This document shows positions 36,020 through 48,195 of a stretch of 64,000 nt of DNA, piece after piece. The notes below the pieces were generated by a model. The model did no database searches. It saw only the letters and a list, made by a program, of their open reading frames with translations, and was not told the origin of the DNA. This DNA is from Malacoraja senta (taxonomy: Eukaryota). A program made the translations under genes and the position numbers. The stretch is from the NCBI GenBank assembly GCA_038087875.1, contig CM075993.1, forward strand, positions 8,248,001-8,312,000, given 5' to 3'. Every line of letters begins with the position of its first letter. The stretch's first letter is position 1.

Positions 36020-36320
36020 TGGCCATGCTTTCTGGTAATGGAAGAAACGTTAAAGGAGGTGCTTATAGGCTCCTGGAAGAAATATAACATTGCAGCTGAC
36101 CTTTGCTGCTCAAAATGGGGAAGTAGTATTTGAGATGGTGTAAAGTGAGTCAAGACCAGGTACTGGGAGGTCACAGAAACAGTGGAAATCGCAGATCACC
36201 TCACAAAATAATAGACACTTGCCCAGTTGGCCAACACCTGCTCCACTTGTGGAAATGTCTGCAGTCCCCATATTGGTCCCATCAACCAAACTGAGTGGAA
36301 CTAAGTCATCCTAAGACCAC
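36020..36320 (+). mobile_element. Ancient RTE-clade LINE 3' relic
   Basis: CSTCGNVCSPHIG C-terminal zinc-finger-like remnant. Confidence 0.5.
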
Positions 36321-36479
36321 CTCAGAAGAAGACGTGAAATGTCACATTTTTTCATTTTAACCAAGATTGGGTTTGAGGCAATATTGTATGTTCAACAGTC
36401 ACTATTTTAGCAACAACCCTTGTTTAAGATTCAGCTTCCAGGATTTTTAAACAGAGTGGGAGTGTGGAAGTCACAAGCA

Positions 36480-36780
36480 TCGTCAGCATTTATTACCATC
36501 TCTGGTTGCCCTTGAATGCTTATGGACGTTTGATACTCCTGAGGCTTGCTTGACTATTTCAGAGATAATTAAGAATTGAGCACATTGATATGAGTGTGGG
36601 TTCACGTAATTGACCACATTCGGGTTGTATTCCTGTAGGTCTTTAGCAAACCAGATGGGCTTTTTAATCAACAAATCCAACTGCTTCTGGGTGAATTGCC
36701 AACTTTTTATTTTCTGGTTCTTTTTTTTTCTTTTGAAACTGAATTCATTTCTGAAGCTGGGATTTTGAACTTTCTTTCTG
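36480..36780 (-). mobile_element. Old chondrichthyan SINE/L2-tail relic
   Basis: cagcatttatt..catc...ttgcccttga; aaccagatgggcttttt. Confidence 0.5.
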
Positions 36781-36837
36781 TGGGTTGTAAGTTTGCAGCG
36801 CTTCATTGCTTCCCTGGAAATGTACCTACGACACGGG

Positions 36838-37150
36838 AGACACAGTGGCCCAGCGGGAGGGTTGCTGCCTTGCAGTGCCAGAGAACCGGGTTCAATCCTG
36901 ACTACGAATGCTGTCTCTACAGAGTTTGTACGTTCTCCATGTGACCGCATGGGTTTTCCCCGGGTGCTCTGGTTTCCTCACACACAGCAAAGACGTACAG
37001 GTTTGTAGGTGAATTGGCTTTGGTAAAGATTATAAATTCTCCCTAGTGTGTAGGATCGTGATAGCGTATGTGGTTGGTCGCTGGTCGGACCAGACTCGGT
37101 GGGCCGAAGAGCCTGTTCCTGCGCTGTATCTCTAAACTAAACTAAACTAA
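36838..37150 (+). mobile_element. HE1-like V-SINE
   Basis: Family match with (ctaaa)n tail. Confidence 0.85.
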
Positions 37151-38054
37151 CCTACTCAAGAGTTACAGGTAGACAAAAATACTGGAGAAACTCAGCGAGT
37201 GAGGCAGCATCTATGGAGCGAAGGAAATAGGCGACGTTTCGGGTCGATGTGTTACAATACATTGTTGAGGATATCCCAGCAAAGGGACTTCTCTGTCTGT
37301 CCGTCAGTGCTAAGGGATTCAATGTGAACTTCACAAGATAGTATATCGATCCCAGTCAGGAAAATTGTTCATTCGTTGTATCTGCCACTGCTTGATTTAG
37401 AAGCTGTGTGTATACCCTGTGTTTATGCTAAGAGAGTCCTTGCTTATTACCTCTGTTGAACAGAGCAGCTGTAATCCCATTATTTGTTTCCTTTACTGCT
37501 GAAACCTAAGAATATCAGTGTCTAAGTAAAGAATTGATAGTTGAATCCAAACCGAGACCACTACTGTTCATTTTGACTGTGTAGTGCTGACAAGATGCAG
37601 AGCAAAACTTTCATTTTCTACATATGTTACTGTCAGTGACTTGGCAGATTTGTTCTGATCGTTTGTGTTGCTCTGATTCAGGCTCTTCCTTATTTTCCTA
37701 ACTTGCTCTGGATCGAGAGTGCTGTCATAAGCCGCTGGACATGTATTTCTGATGACACGGGATATTGGTGATCATGATCACAAGGCTGCTGTAAGCATTG
37801 TGATTGGACAATGTCATTGGAGGTGGCTTTCCTTTGAATTATCCCTGATGCTTCCTTTCCAAAGAAGCATGTTCTTTGTAATTCTAGTGACCCACCAGTG
37901 GATACAGGGACAGAGATTGCACATGATTAGAGCAGAGTTCCTCTCTTAGCCTCATCTAAGGTTCCAGAATGGGTGTATCCTTGGTAATCTTGACTCCAAG
38001 CTTCCTATCATACAGCCACCAAATATCAGCAATGAAGCTGCTGATAGATCGGAG

Positions 38055-38350
38055 TTTTGTCTAGAGATACAGCATGGACACAGGCCCTTCAGCCCACCAA
38101 GTCCATGCTGACCATCGATCACCTGCTCACACCACTTCTATGTGATCCCACTTTTGTTTCCACTCCCTGCACATTAGAGGCAATTTTTCAGAGGCCAATT
38201 AACCTGCAAATCTGCAGGCTTTCAGGATGTTGGAGGACACCAGGGCACCTGGAGAAAACCCACGAGGTCACAGGGAGAATTTGCAAACTACACACAGACA
38301 GCACCCAAGGTCTCTGATGCTGCGAGGCAGCAGCTCTACCAGCAGTGACA
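38055..38350 (-). mobile_element. HE1-like V-SINE
   Basis: Family match. Confidence 0.8.
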
Positions 38351-38694
38351 CCGGAGCAATCATTGTCTTTCAATTAGTCCATTACAACCTCAAAATGATG
38401 AAAGCAGAAACCCTGTTCGTGCAAGGTTTTGCACAACATAGATCCAGCGTCATGTGAATCTTACCATATGTCTCATTATCCGCTTGGTATTCCCAGTTTA
38501 TTTGACGTCAAAATGGCATCAATGTAATTGAATGAATCAATACCACATGCTTCTGCTACCTCCCTCAGGAACTTGTACCACAGACTGAAACCCAGTCCCT
38601 GCTGATGCGTTTTGAATCTGCTTCCCTTGAGCGTGGGTCGTATCCTTTAGTTCTGTTGGGTGGAGCAGACACATCTGTCGGCAAATAAAGAAGA

Positions 38695-39465
38695 TAGACA
38701 CAAAGTGCTGGAGTCGCTCAGCGGGCCAGGTGGCATCTCTGGGGAAAAAACAATGGGTGTCGTTCAGGGTCAGGAACCTTCGTCAGATTGGAAATAGAGG
38801 AGAGGAAACTGGGGGTACAAATAGACCAGAGCAAAGCAGGACCGGCAACAGATGACCAAGGAAAGGTGGAGCCCATTATGGTCCATTGTGGGGAAGAGGT
38901 GATAATGAAGGAAGACAAGAATGCGAACAATGGAACTAGTAGGGCAATTAGGGTGGGGGAGGGGGAAGAGAGAGGAGGGGGCAGGGGGGGTGAGAAATGC
39001 GGAAGTTACCTGAAATTAGAGAAACGGTTGCCCAGTCTAAGTGGGCCATTGTCAGGTTGGGCCAGAAGACCACAGGTTCAAATTGTTGTCGAGTTCTTTC
39101 GTCCCTTGATTCTAGGGACCCTTTCCTCGGGCTGAGAGTCAGAAGAAAGGGAAGCAAGAGATGTAGATGGTGATTGTGAGAGATACAGAACAAATGAATG
39201 AAAAATATGCAAAAAGGAACGATGATAACGGAAACGGTCTGTTGTTGGCTGTGGGTTAGGTGATAACAAGTTGTACAGACTATATCTCTCTATATCACCA
39301 TCTATATCTCTCGTTTCCCTTTCCCCTGTCTCTCAGTCCGAGGAAGGTTCTCGACCCGAAACGTCACCCATTCCTGTTCTCCAGAGATGCTGCCTGACCC
39401 ACTGAGTTACTCCAGCGTTTGTGTCTATCTTTGGTTTAACCAGCATCTGCAGTTCTTTCCTACAC
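38695..39465. mobile_element. Penelope-like 3' UTR/pLTR fragments, inverted arrangement
   Basis: Family motifs on both strands. Confidence 0.75.
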
Positions 39466-40214
39466 ACCTTGTTATATCAATGTCAGTTTACATACAGTCT
39501 CATACACACACACACTATCCATCCGCACAGAAACACCTACTGTCACTTCTCTGCACAATTCCCCACATCCCTGACACTCCCACGCAACACACTGCCCCTC
39601 CCCACACACACACACACACACGCTTAGAAATTTTTCATTATGCTTTGGAACATTTCTTGACAGATGAAACAACTTATTTTCAGGCTTCTGGAGCTAACAC
39701 TCCACAGTGCGATCATTAAAATGATTCTTCCTGACTTTCTCTAGCAGTGCACCTGGGGTATTCCCCGTAATTGCAAAGCTTGCCGTGAGGACTCAGTGTA
39801 AAATTTTCCAGGTGGGAAGCTGAGTATGCAACACTCCTTCATCAGGAGGAAGTGTATTAATATTTGAAAGCTTACAATACTGCTCCACTCTTCTCTCACT
39901 TGCCCATTAATCTATCCACCTTCTTGGTCTGTCACTCCAATGACGCATTGCACCCAACACCAAAGCAAATTAGTGGTGAAAAAGGATGAGAATTAAACAT
40001 TACTGCCTTACAACGCCAGAGACCCGGGTGCAATCCTGACCAAGTGTGCTTGTCTGTAAGGATTTGTACGTTCTCCCCGTGGCCTGCGTGGGTTTTCTCC
40101 GGGAGCGGTTCCTCCCACACTCCAAAGACGTACAAGTTTGTATGCTTATTGGCTTGGTATAATTGTAGATTGTTCCTTGTGTGTGTAGGATAGTGTTATT
40201 GTGCAGGGATCGCT

Positions 40215-40348
40215 TCTTCTTTCGTGTGGCGTGCACAGCCTAAAGTTGTTGGACAACTTGTTCTATTTGATCTTCCGTTTGTGCACGTCGAGTTGATTGC
40301 ATTAGTCGAAACAGGGCGGACCACGTGAAGGTTGCAATCTTCCACCCC
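40215..40348 (-). mobile_element. 134-bp non-autonomous Vingi/Ingi-like retroelement
   Basis: 11-bp TSD (40204-40214, 40349-40359); cacacgaaagaaga tail; homologous to 59403-59538. Confidence 0.8.
40295..40348 (-). ncRNA. Minimal HDV-like self-cleaving ribozyme (predicted)
   Basis: P1 GGGGUGG/CCGCCCU, P2 GAUUGCA/UGCAAUC, P3 ACC/GGU, L3 UUCACGU, J4/2 CUAA. Confidence 0.8.
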
Positions 40349-40652
40349 CAGGGATCGCTGGTCGGCACGGACAAGGTGGGGCCTAAGGGCCTGTTTCCGC
40401 ATTGTATCTCTAAACTAAACTAAAAATACTAAGTGCTGGAGTAACTCAGTGGGTCAGGCAGCATCTGTGGAGGGAATGGATATGCGATATTTTGGGTGGG
40501 GCCCTTCCTCACACTCGCAATCTGAAGACATGACCCAATGCGATTCATTCCCTCCATTGATGCTGCCTGACCCGTTGAGTTACTCCAGCATTTGGTGTTT
40601 TGCTCAAGATTCCAGCATCTGCATTCCTTGTGCCTCCATTATTAAAGACTAA

Positions 40653-40780
40653 TAGCCTGTCCCACGGTGCGAGTTCATCAAGTGCTCTCCCGAGTTTTTA
40701 AAAAATCAAACTCGTGGTAAGCACGGAGAATGAACGTAGCGGGTACGTCGGAGCTTGGGGACGTCTCTTAACGGCTCATA
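40653..40780 (+). mobile_element. DNA-transposon MITE terminal fragment (Harbinger-like?)
   Basis: gcctgtcccac terminus, CpG-rich; partner end not found. Confidence 0.4.
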
Positions 40781-41492
40781 AAATTGTAAATGTGCTTAAA
40801 AAATAAACAATAAATGACTAATTCTTAATTTTCAAGGATGGTCCCCAATAAAACAATAAAACCATTCTTCATTAAACACTGGCTCAGAGACAGAGAAAAA
40901 CACACAAAGTGCTAGAAGAACTCAGCGGGTCAGGCAGCATCTGTGGAGGGAATGGACAGGCAACTTTTCGGGTTGGGACTGAATGTGGTGGGGGAGAAAG
41001 CTGGAAAAGAGACCTGGGAGGGGGGACAAAGCCTGGCAAGTGATATGGGGAGATAGACACAAAACGTAGGAGTAACTCAGCGGGTCAGGCAGCATCTCTG
41101 GAGAAAAGGAATAGGTGACATTTCGGGTCGAGAACCTTCTTCAGACTGAAGTTGAGTTCAACTGCTGAATGTGCCTATCTAAAAGTCCCTTAAATGCCAC
41201 TCTCGTATCGGCCACCTGCTCTTTATTTCTGTCACAGCCTTTCGGAAGGCTTCACCCAGCTAATTAATAAGACTGCTCAAATCATCCACTTCCCTCCCAG
41301 AAAGCCAGCAAGGCACTAACCCACCCAACCTCCAGGGGTAAGTAATTGTCAAAGCTGTTACCGAGACTGAATGCTTGTGAATGTCTTAGACATTTACAAA
41401 CATTCCTATCTACTTAGACACATGAAAAAGTAATTAAAAATATTTTAAAACTACACTGAGCAACCGCCCTCACATTCTTAACAGTTCATTTA

Positions 41493-41762
41493 AAGTTTAG
41501 TTTAGAGATACAGCATGGAAACAGGCCCACCGAGTCCACAGCGAGCAACGATCACCCACCCGTTCACTAGTTCTATCCGACAAAATGTATTGAAATCAAT
41601 TAACCTACAAGCCTGTAAGTCTTTTGAATTTTGAGGAAACCGGAGCACCCGGAGAAAACCCAGTTACAGGAATTATATACAAACTCCATACAGACAGCAC
41701 CTGTAGTCAGGGCGAACTGGCTGTAAGGTAGCAAATCTACTGCTGCACCACCGTGCTGCCCT
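41493..41762 (-). mobile_element. HE1-like V-SINE
   Basis: Family match. Confidence 0.8.
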
Positions 41763-41929
41763 TAAAGTAATTGAACAATGTAACAAATGGAAGCAGGAGT
41801 CAACTATTTGGTCCCAATACTTGCCCTGCCTTTCAATAACATCTTTATCTAATCTAATACCTCAGCACTACCTTCCGGCAATTGCTCCCTTAATACCCAA
41901 ACGTCCATCGATCTCTGCTTTGACTGCAG

Positions 41930-42420
41930 AAGAGGTAGTTGAGGCAGGTACTATTGCAATGTTTAAGAAACATTTAGACAGGATAGGACAGGGTTAAAGG
42001 GATATTGGCCAAACGCTGGTAGGTGAGACTAGTGTATCTGGGACATGCTGGTCGGTGTGGGCAAGTTGGGCTGAAGGGCTGTTTCCACCATGTATGACTC
42101 TATGACTGAGTATTCCTTACCCTCTTGGGTAAAGAATTTCTTTAAATCCATCATCTTCTGAGTAGAAATTCAGTCTCTCATCTTTAAATTTGAGGGGTAA
42201 TTGTTTCACACAAATGGTGGTGGGTGTAAGCTGCCAGAGGAGGTAGTTGAGGCTGGGACTATCCCAACGTTGAAGAAACAGTTAGCCAGGTACATGGATA
42301 GAACAGGTTTGGAGGGATTTGGACCAAACACAGGCTGGTGGGACTAGTGTAGCTGGAACATTGGCCGGTGTGGGCAAGTTGGGCTGAAGGGCCTGTTTCC
42401 ATGCTGTGTCACTCTATAAT
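41930..42420 (+). mobile_element. Two CR1/HER1 3' ends
   Basis: gaggtagttgaggc...ctatgactctatga. Confidence 0.8.
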
Positions 42421-42639
42421 TCTAAGAGATCATAGACCCAGCCTTCTTAATCTCTCTGCATTGAACAATCCTCTCCATCCCAAAGAATCACACCAATAAG
42501 CGCCTGTTACTTTTAATTCCAGTTATGACGCGAACTGTTCAGGATATTGCAGAAGCAGTCACACCACCTTCCTGTACCACTGCTGCAAGATATATCTTTA
42601 CCCTTTTATTTTGGTCTTCATAGACAATGGAATATACGT

Positions 42640-42900
42640 TAGTTTAGAGATCTAGCTTGGAAACACACACAGATCCCACACCGACCAGGTGTACATCGAT
42701 ACCTGTACACTAGTTGTATCCTACACACAAGGGACTATTTACCAAAGCCAATTAACCTACAAACCTGTATCAGTACATGGGGAAAACCCATGCAGTCACA
42801 GGGAGAACGTACAAACTCCTTACAGACAGCACCCATAGTCAGGATTGAACCTGTGTCTCTGGCGCTGTAAGGCAGCAACACTAAGGCTGCGCCACCGTGC
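42640..42900 (-). mobile_element. HE1-like V-SINE
   Basis: Family match. Confidence 0.75.
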
Positions 42901-43214
42901 CAGACTCATATCCAGGCTCATGGCTGGCTCATATCCAGATGTGCTGGCCAACATCCCACTTACCTGGCCCTCATACGGAAGGACATTATCTTGCAGACAG
43001 ACAGTACCTGTAGTCAGGATCAAGATCGAGAGAGAATGAGGAGCTGAAACAAATAAAAATCTGCCAACAAATTTAGAAATTAGTGGGATCAAAATGGGTT
43101 TGTTATCTTGGGAGGCAATGTGGAGCAGGTGGTAGAGCTGCTACCTCGCAGCAACAGAGACTCAGGATGGATACTGACCTCGGGTGCTGTGCGTGGAATT
43201 TGCACATTCTTCCA

Positions 43215-43505
43215 GAGTGCTTCGAGAGACTGGTGATGGTGCACATTAACTCCAGCCTCCCAGTCAGCCTTGATCCATTGCACTTTGCTTATCGTTCTAA
43301 CAGGTCCACAGCAGACGCCATTTTCCTGTCCCTAAACTTGTCTCTGGAACACCTAGACAACAAGGACTCCTGCGTTAGACTCCCATTTATCGACTATAGC
43401 TCTGCCTTCAACATCATAATCCCATCCAAACTCATCTCCAAACTTCTGGATCTAGAAATCAGCTCCCCCCCCTCTGCCACTGGATCCTCAACTTTCTGAC
43501 TCACC
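43215..43505 (+). mobile_element. Rex1/Babar RT fragment
   Basis: CFERLV...[18 protein letters not shown]...[11 protein letters not shown]. Confidence 0.85.
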
Positions 43506-44478
43506 AACCTAATCTTATACGTTCCTGTAAGCAATTAGGGTGGCACAGCTGGTAGAGCCACTACCTCACAGAGCCAGAGACCCAGGTTTGACCCTGACCT
43601 TGGGTGCTACCTGTTGCTTGTCACATGTACCGAGGTACAGTGAAAAGCTTTTGTTGCGTGCTGACCAGTCAGTGTAAGGATAATACATTGATTTCAATAG
43701 AGTCTGAAGAAGGGTCTCGACCCGAAATGTTGCCCATTCCTTCTCTCCAGAGATGCTGCCTGTCCCGCTGAGTTACTCCAGCATTTTGTGTCTACCTTAG
43801 ATTTAAACCAGCATCTGCAGTTCTTTCGTACAATAGAGCCCTTCAGTGCATAAATACATGATACGGGAATAACATTTAGTGCAAGGTAAAGCCAGTAAAG
43901 TCCGATCAAAGACAGTCCGCGCGTCAGATGAGGTAGATAGTAGTTCAGGACTGCTCTCTAGTTGTGGTAGGATGGTTCAGTTGCCTGATAACAGCTGTGT
44001 GGAACTTGTACGTTCTCCCTGTGACCGTGTGGGTTTCCATGGAGGCATATGGGCAAATTAAAATCAGCATCTTAAACATAGAGAAGCGATCAGGTTTGGG
44101 AAGAATTCCAAGATTTTGGACCTGGATGTATGAGGGCCACTGTGATAATCTCCGGCAGTGAACGAGGGAGATGTACATGAAGTCCAATAGTAGGAAGAAT
44201 TCTCTGAGGGGTTTGGGAATTGAGGAGAACAACAGCAAAAAGAGGACAAGAATTTTAAACCTGAAGTGTCGGCTGAGGGGCAGCTGGTGTAGATTAGGAG
44301 GATGGGTGATGGATGGCACGGACTTAGAGCAACTTAGGACAAAGCCATAAAGCTCTGTATGAAGCTTAACTCTCTTATGTATGACACTTTTAGTACTGTG
44401 ATTCTCCAGTGCTGTGCTTCATGCCATCTGTTTCTAATTTATAGTCAACGTGCTTACATTCTTTGTCTTATTTTTAAA

Positions 44479-44750
44479 GGGAGGCACAGTGGTGCAACGG
44501 TAGAGTTGTTGCCTTACAACACCAGAGACCCAGGTTTGATCCTCACTATGGGGGCTGTCTTTTCGGAGTTTGTACATTCCCTAATGACCGCGTGGGTTTT
44601 CTCCAGGCGCTCCAGTTTCCTCAAACAAACCAAAGACGTGCAGATTTGTCGGTTAATTGGTTTTGGTAAATTATGAAATTCCCTCACGTGTGTGTAGGAT
44701 CATTAGTCGGCGCGGACTCGGTGGACCTGTTTCCACGTTGTATCTATAAC
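44479..44750 (+). mobile_element. HE1-like V-SINE
   Basis: Family match. Confidence 0.8.
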
Positions 44751-44924
44751 GTCTAAAGCCTCAGTGAGGATTGGATGACCAATAGTAAAGTAATGAATAA
44801 TACGAATGTCCTCAAAGGAGTTTACACAAATAACTCCAGAGATGGAAAATTCCAGGGACAAACTTAGACTAGGAATCTGGGGCACAGTATATTTAGAGGA
44901 GATTGGACAGTGATCTACTTCACT

Positions 44925-45365
44925 TCCCTCTGGATTTATGATGAGCTGCTTCCACCCTGGTTTTGTAGGTTCTGAGGTGGTTGATGTGGAAGGTGAGAAG
45001 CACAGACACTTTCACAGATGGGGCGGAAGGTGCTACATTGGCTGGGCGATGGGGTGATGCACTCATTCTAATCCTCTGTGTGCTCTCCACCTGTGGACTT
45101 GAAGGTCTCAATACCACCCTGATTGCTTCTGCGCTGTAAATGGTCAGAGACTCCCAGGATGTTGTACATCTTTGAAGAAGCTTTGAGCACATCCTTGACC
45201 ATTTTTTTCTATCCACCAGGTAAATCTCTTCCCCTTTCAGAGCTTGGAAGAGAGTATTTGTTTCACAGGTGTAGAGTCAGGCATACAAGCATCAGTGCTT
45301 GCCCAACAAATCTCACTGATTGTAACAGAGCCGTCATTGCTGGGATTGTTGGCCTGAGAGAGAAC
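44925..45365 (-). mobile_element. Ancient RTE-clade LINE 3' relic
   Basis: Degenerate L..GKR.PGG..K..KD.LK.S..SWESL..HINHLRT. Confidence 0.55.
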
Positions 45366-45369
45366 ATTT

Positions 45370-45892
45370 GCCAAACACTTTTAACTCCCCCTCCCATTCC
45401 CACACTGACATTTCTGTCTTGAGCCTCCTCCACTGTCAGAGTGAGGCCCAACACAAATTGGAGGAACAGCACCTCATATTTCGTTGGGCAGCTTACACCC
45501 GAGTGTTATGAACATTGATTTCCATAACTTCAAGTAACCCTTGCTTTCCTGCCATCTCCATCCCTCCCCCATCCTAGTTTTCCGACCAGTCTGACTGTCC
45601 ACCTAATTAAATTTTATCTTTATATGCCTCGTTGTCACCTTCCCCGAGTGAACAATGATCTATTCTACATTTTCCTTGATCTCCATTCCCTTTGTCCTAT
45701 TTTCACACCTTACACTTCCATAACTATGTATCTCCCTCTCCCCTAACTCTCAGTCTGAAGAAAGATCTCGACCCGAAACAACAGCCATTCCTTCTCTCCA
45801 GAGTTGCTGCCTGTCCCGCTGAGTTACTCCAGCATTTTGTGTCTACGGTGTAAATCAGCATCTGCATATACACGTGCACCTACTTCCTACAC
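45370..45892 (+). mobile_element. Penelope-like element 3' end (ORF end, 3' UTR, pLTR)
   Basis: KLEEQHLIFR..GSL...MNIDF.NFK* followed by ctgaagaa...cgaaac pLTR. Confidence 0.85.
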
Positions 45893-46169
45893 ATACAGAG
45901 ACCATTGATGTTAATTATCATTCCAATGAATATAGTCCATGAAAATCATTCAGTTAGTGCGGATGGAGGGAAAACATTCCATTGGCAGTTGATTCAAAGA
46001 CCAAGGAAGACATTTAAAAGGATCATTGACCTGAAATGTCAACTCTCTCTCTCTCACCAGATGATGCCTGACATTGGATATTTCCAGTGCTTTCTGTTTG
46101 AATGGCAAAGGTTTAGAAATTTGGGCCAAAAATTGTAGGGCTATGAAGAACATGGGCAGCTCGGACGAT

Positions 46170-46452
46170 TTGCTGCCTTGCAGCGCTGGAGCCCCAGGTT
46201 CGATCCCGACTACGGGTGCTGTCTGTACGGCGTTTGCACGTTCACCCCGTGCCCGCGTTGGGTTTTCTCCGAGACCTTCGGTTTCATCCCACACTCCAAA
46301 GACGTACAGGTTTGTAGATAAATTGGCTTGGTGTAAATGTAAATTGTCCCTAGTATGTGAAGGGTAGTGTTAATATGCAGGGATCGCTGGTCGGCGCGGA
46401 CCCTGTGGGCTGAAGGGCCTGTGTCCACGCTGTATCTCTAAAACTAAAACAA
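46170..46452 (+). mobile_element. HE1-like V-SINE
   Basis: Family match. Confidence 0.85.
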
Positions 46453-47442
46453 ACTTTATGTACAGCCCGGTTGTGATCTTAAAACTCTGTGAGTGTAAAG
46501 GGTGGTGGGTTAAAGTCACTCCGAGCTTCCTGAAGGGAACGAGATGGGCGGTGAGGTTAAATAATTTGTGAGGCTATGGGGGAAAGAGCAGGAGAATTGG
46601 GAACAGATGTGGAGTCTTAATATTTCCAATATATATTTTAGTCATTCAAAATATGCACAGGAAGTACAGTTGGTCTCATCTTTCTTTCCATTCATTGCAA
46701 CAATACCACTCACTTTCCCCTTTAATCAATGCACTCATGAGAGGCTGTTGCAGGGGACCCAGCCCCTCTGTATCCAGAGAGGTGTCAGGATAACCCTAGA
46801 CTGTGGCACTTCCACACAAAGCCCCCTCTCTTGGATGTACCGAGCTTCAGTTCGTCCCCCAGAACTACTCCTGCTGCTTGGAAAATCTTTTATTTCAGAA
46901 GTAAATTTATTCCAAATAATAAACATATACTAAACAAAAACCGTGCAAACCTCTTCATTCGCTCTTAGTGTCTGTACATTGGAGCAAAGCGCAGTGGTGC
47001 AGTTGGCAGAGCTGCCATCCCACAGGTTCAATACTGACCTCGGATGCCGAGTGTGGAGATTTTGCATGTTCTCCCTGTGACTGTGTGGGTTTCCTCCTGG
47101 TGCGCCGGTTTCCCACTACATCCCAAAGACATGCAGGTTTGCAGGTTCATTGGCTTCTGTAAATTACTGTAAAGTACAGCATGGAAACAGGCCCTTTGGC
47201 CCATCAAGTCCACGCCGACCATCGATCACTGTTTGCACTAGTTACAGTGCCCTCTATAATGTTTGTTACAAAACAAAGTCAATAGCAAGCAGAAGTTAAA
47301 ATCGCAGGCAATCAAACCAAGTATTGAGCGGCACTCGAAGCCAACCGAGGGCTTCAGACTCTGCGACGTGCACCAGGAAACCTCGGTATGCCCCAGTGTC
47401 TTCTCCCAGTATTCTCGAGCCTTATCAGAAGAGAGAGAATGT

Positions 47443-47532
47443 TTGGTAGGTTAGGTGTATCGAATGCATTTTCGACTTACGATATTTTTGATTTACGATG
47501 GGTTTATCGGAACATAAGTTGAGGAGTTACGG
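47443..47532 (+). mobile_element. Tigger4/Zombi-like pogo transposon terminal fragment
   Basis: ggtaggttaggtgtat..aatgcattttcgacttacgatattt...ttacgatgggtttatcgg resembles the Tigger4 end as I recall it. Confidence 0.6.
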
Positions 47533-48031
47533 TATGGAGGAGAGAAGGAACTGCCCAAGATCCAAAGCATACCACCTCATCTGTGAAACATGGTGGTGGG
47601 GGTGTTATGGCCTGGGCATGTATGGCTGCTGAAGGTACTGGCTCACTTATCTTCATTGACGATACAACTGCTGATGGCAGTAGCATAACGAATTCTGAAG
47701 TGTATAGACACATCCTATCTGCTCAAGTTCAAACAAATGCCTCAAAACTCATTGGCCGGCTGTTCATTCTACAGCAAGACAATGATCCCAAACATACTGC
47801 TAAGCAACAAAGGAGTTTTTCAAACCTAAAAAATGGTTAATTCTTGAGTGGCCAAGTCAATCACCCGATCTGAACCCAATTGAGCATGCCTTTTATATGC
47901 TGAAGAGTAAATTGAAGGGGACTAGCCCCCAAAACAAGTATAAGCTAAAGATGGCTGCAATACAGGCCGAGTAGAGCATCACCAGAGAAGAAACCCAGGT
48001 GACGTCCATGAATCGCAGACTTCAAGCAGTC

Positions 48032-48195
48032 TGGGAAAGAGCGTTCACGTCGCGGCCCTGTTTTCACCAATCTTTCCACCACCATGCGCAAGAAGCACAA
48101 GCGCAAGACAGACACCATTGTATGCAGATCTGAGAAGTGTGTTCAGCTCTGGCTGAACAACTTCTAATCTTGTGTGTGGACTCGATAAGAAGAAG
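48032..48195 (+). mobile_element. 164-bp Vingi-tailed retro-insertion with 5'-truncated HDV-like ribozyme
   Basis: Interrupts Tc1 (ttcaagcagtc|atgcaaagga); P2 GGAAAGA/UCUUUCC, P3 GCG/CGC, L3 UUCACGU; gataagaagaag tail. Confidence 0.72.

Larger units (their letters stand above)
40003..40425 (+). mobile_element. HE1-like V-SINE interrupted by a 134-bp retro-insertion
   Basis: Family match either side of TSD cagggatcgct. Confidence 0.85.

Noticed and set aside
38466..38640. Strong minus-strand donor (atg|gtaaga) and a plus-strand acceptor near 38568
   Set aside because: The minus side has stops in all frames before any acceptor; the plus-strand peptide is unrecognised and its donor weak
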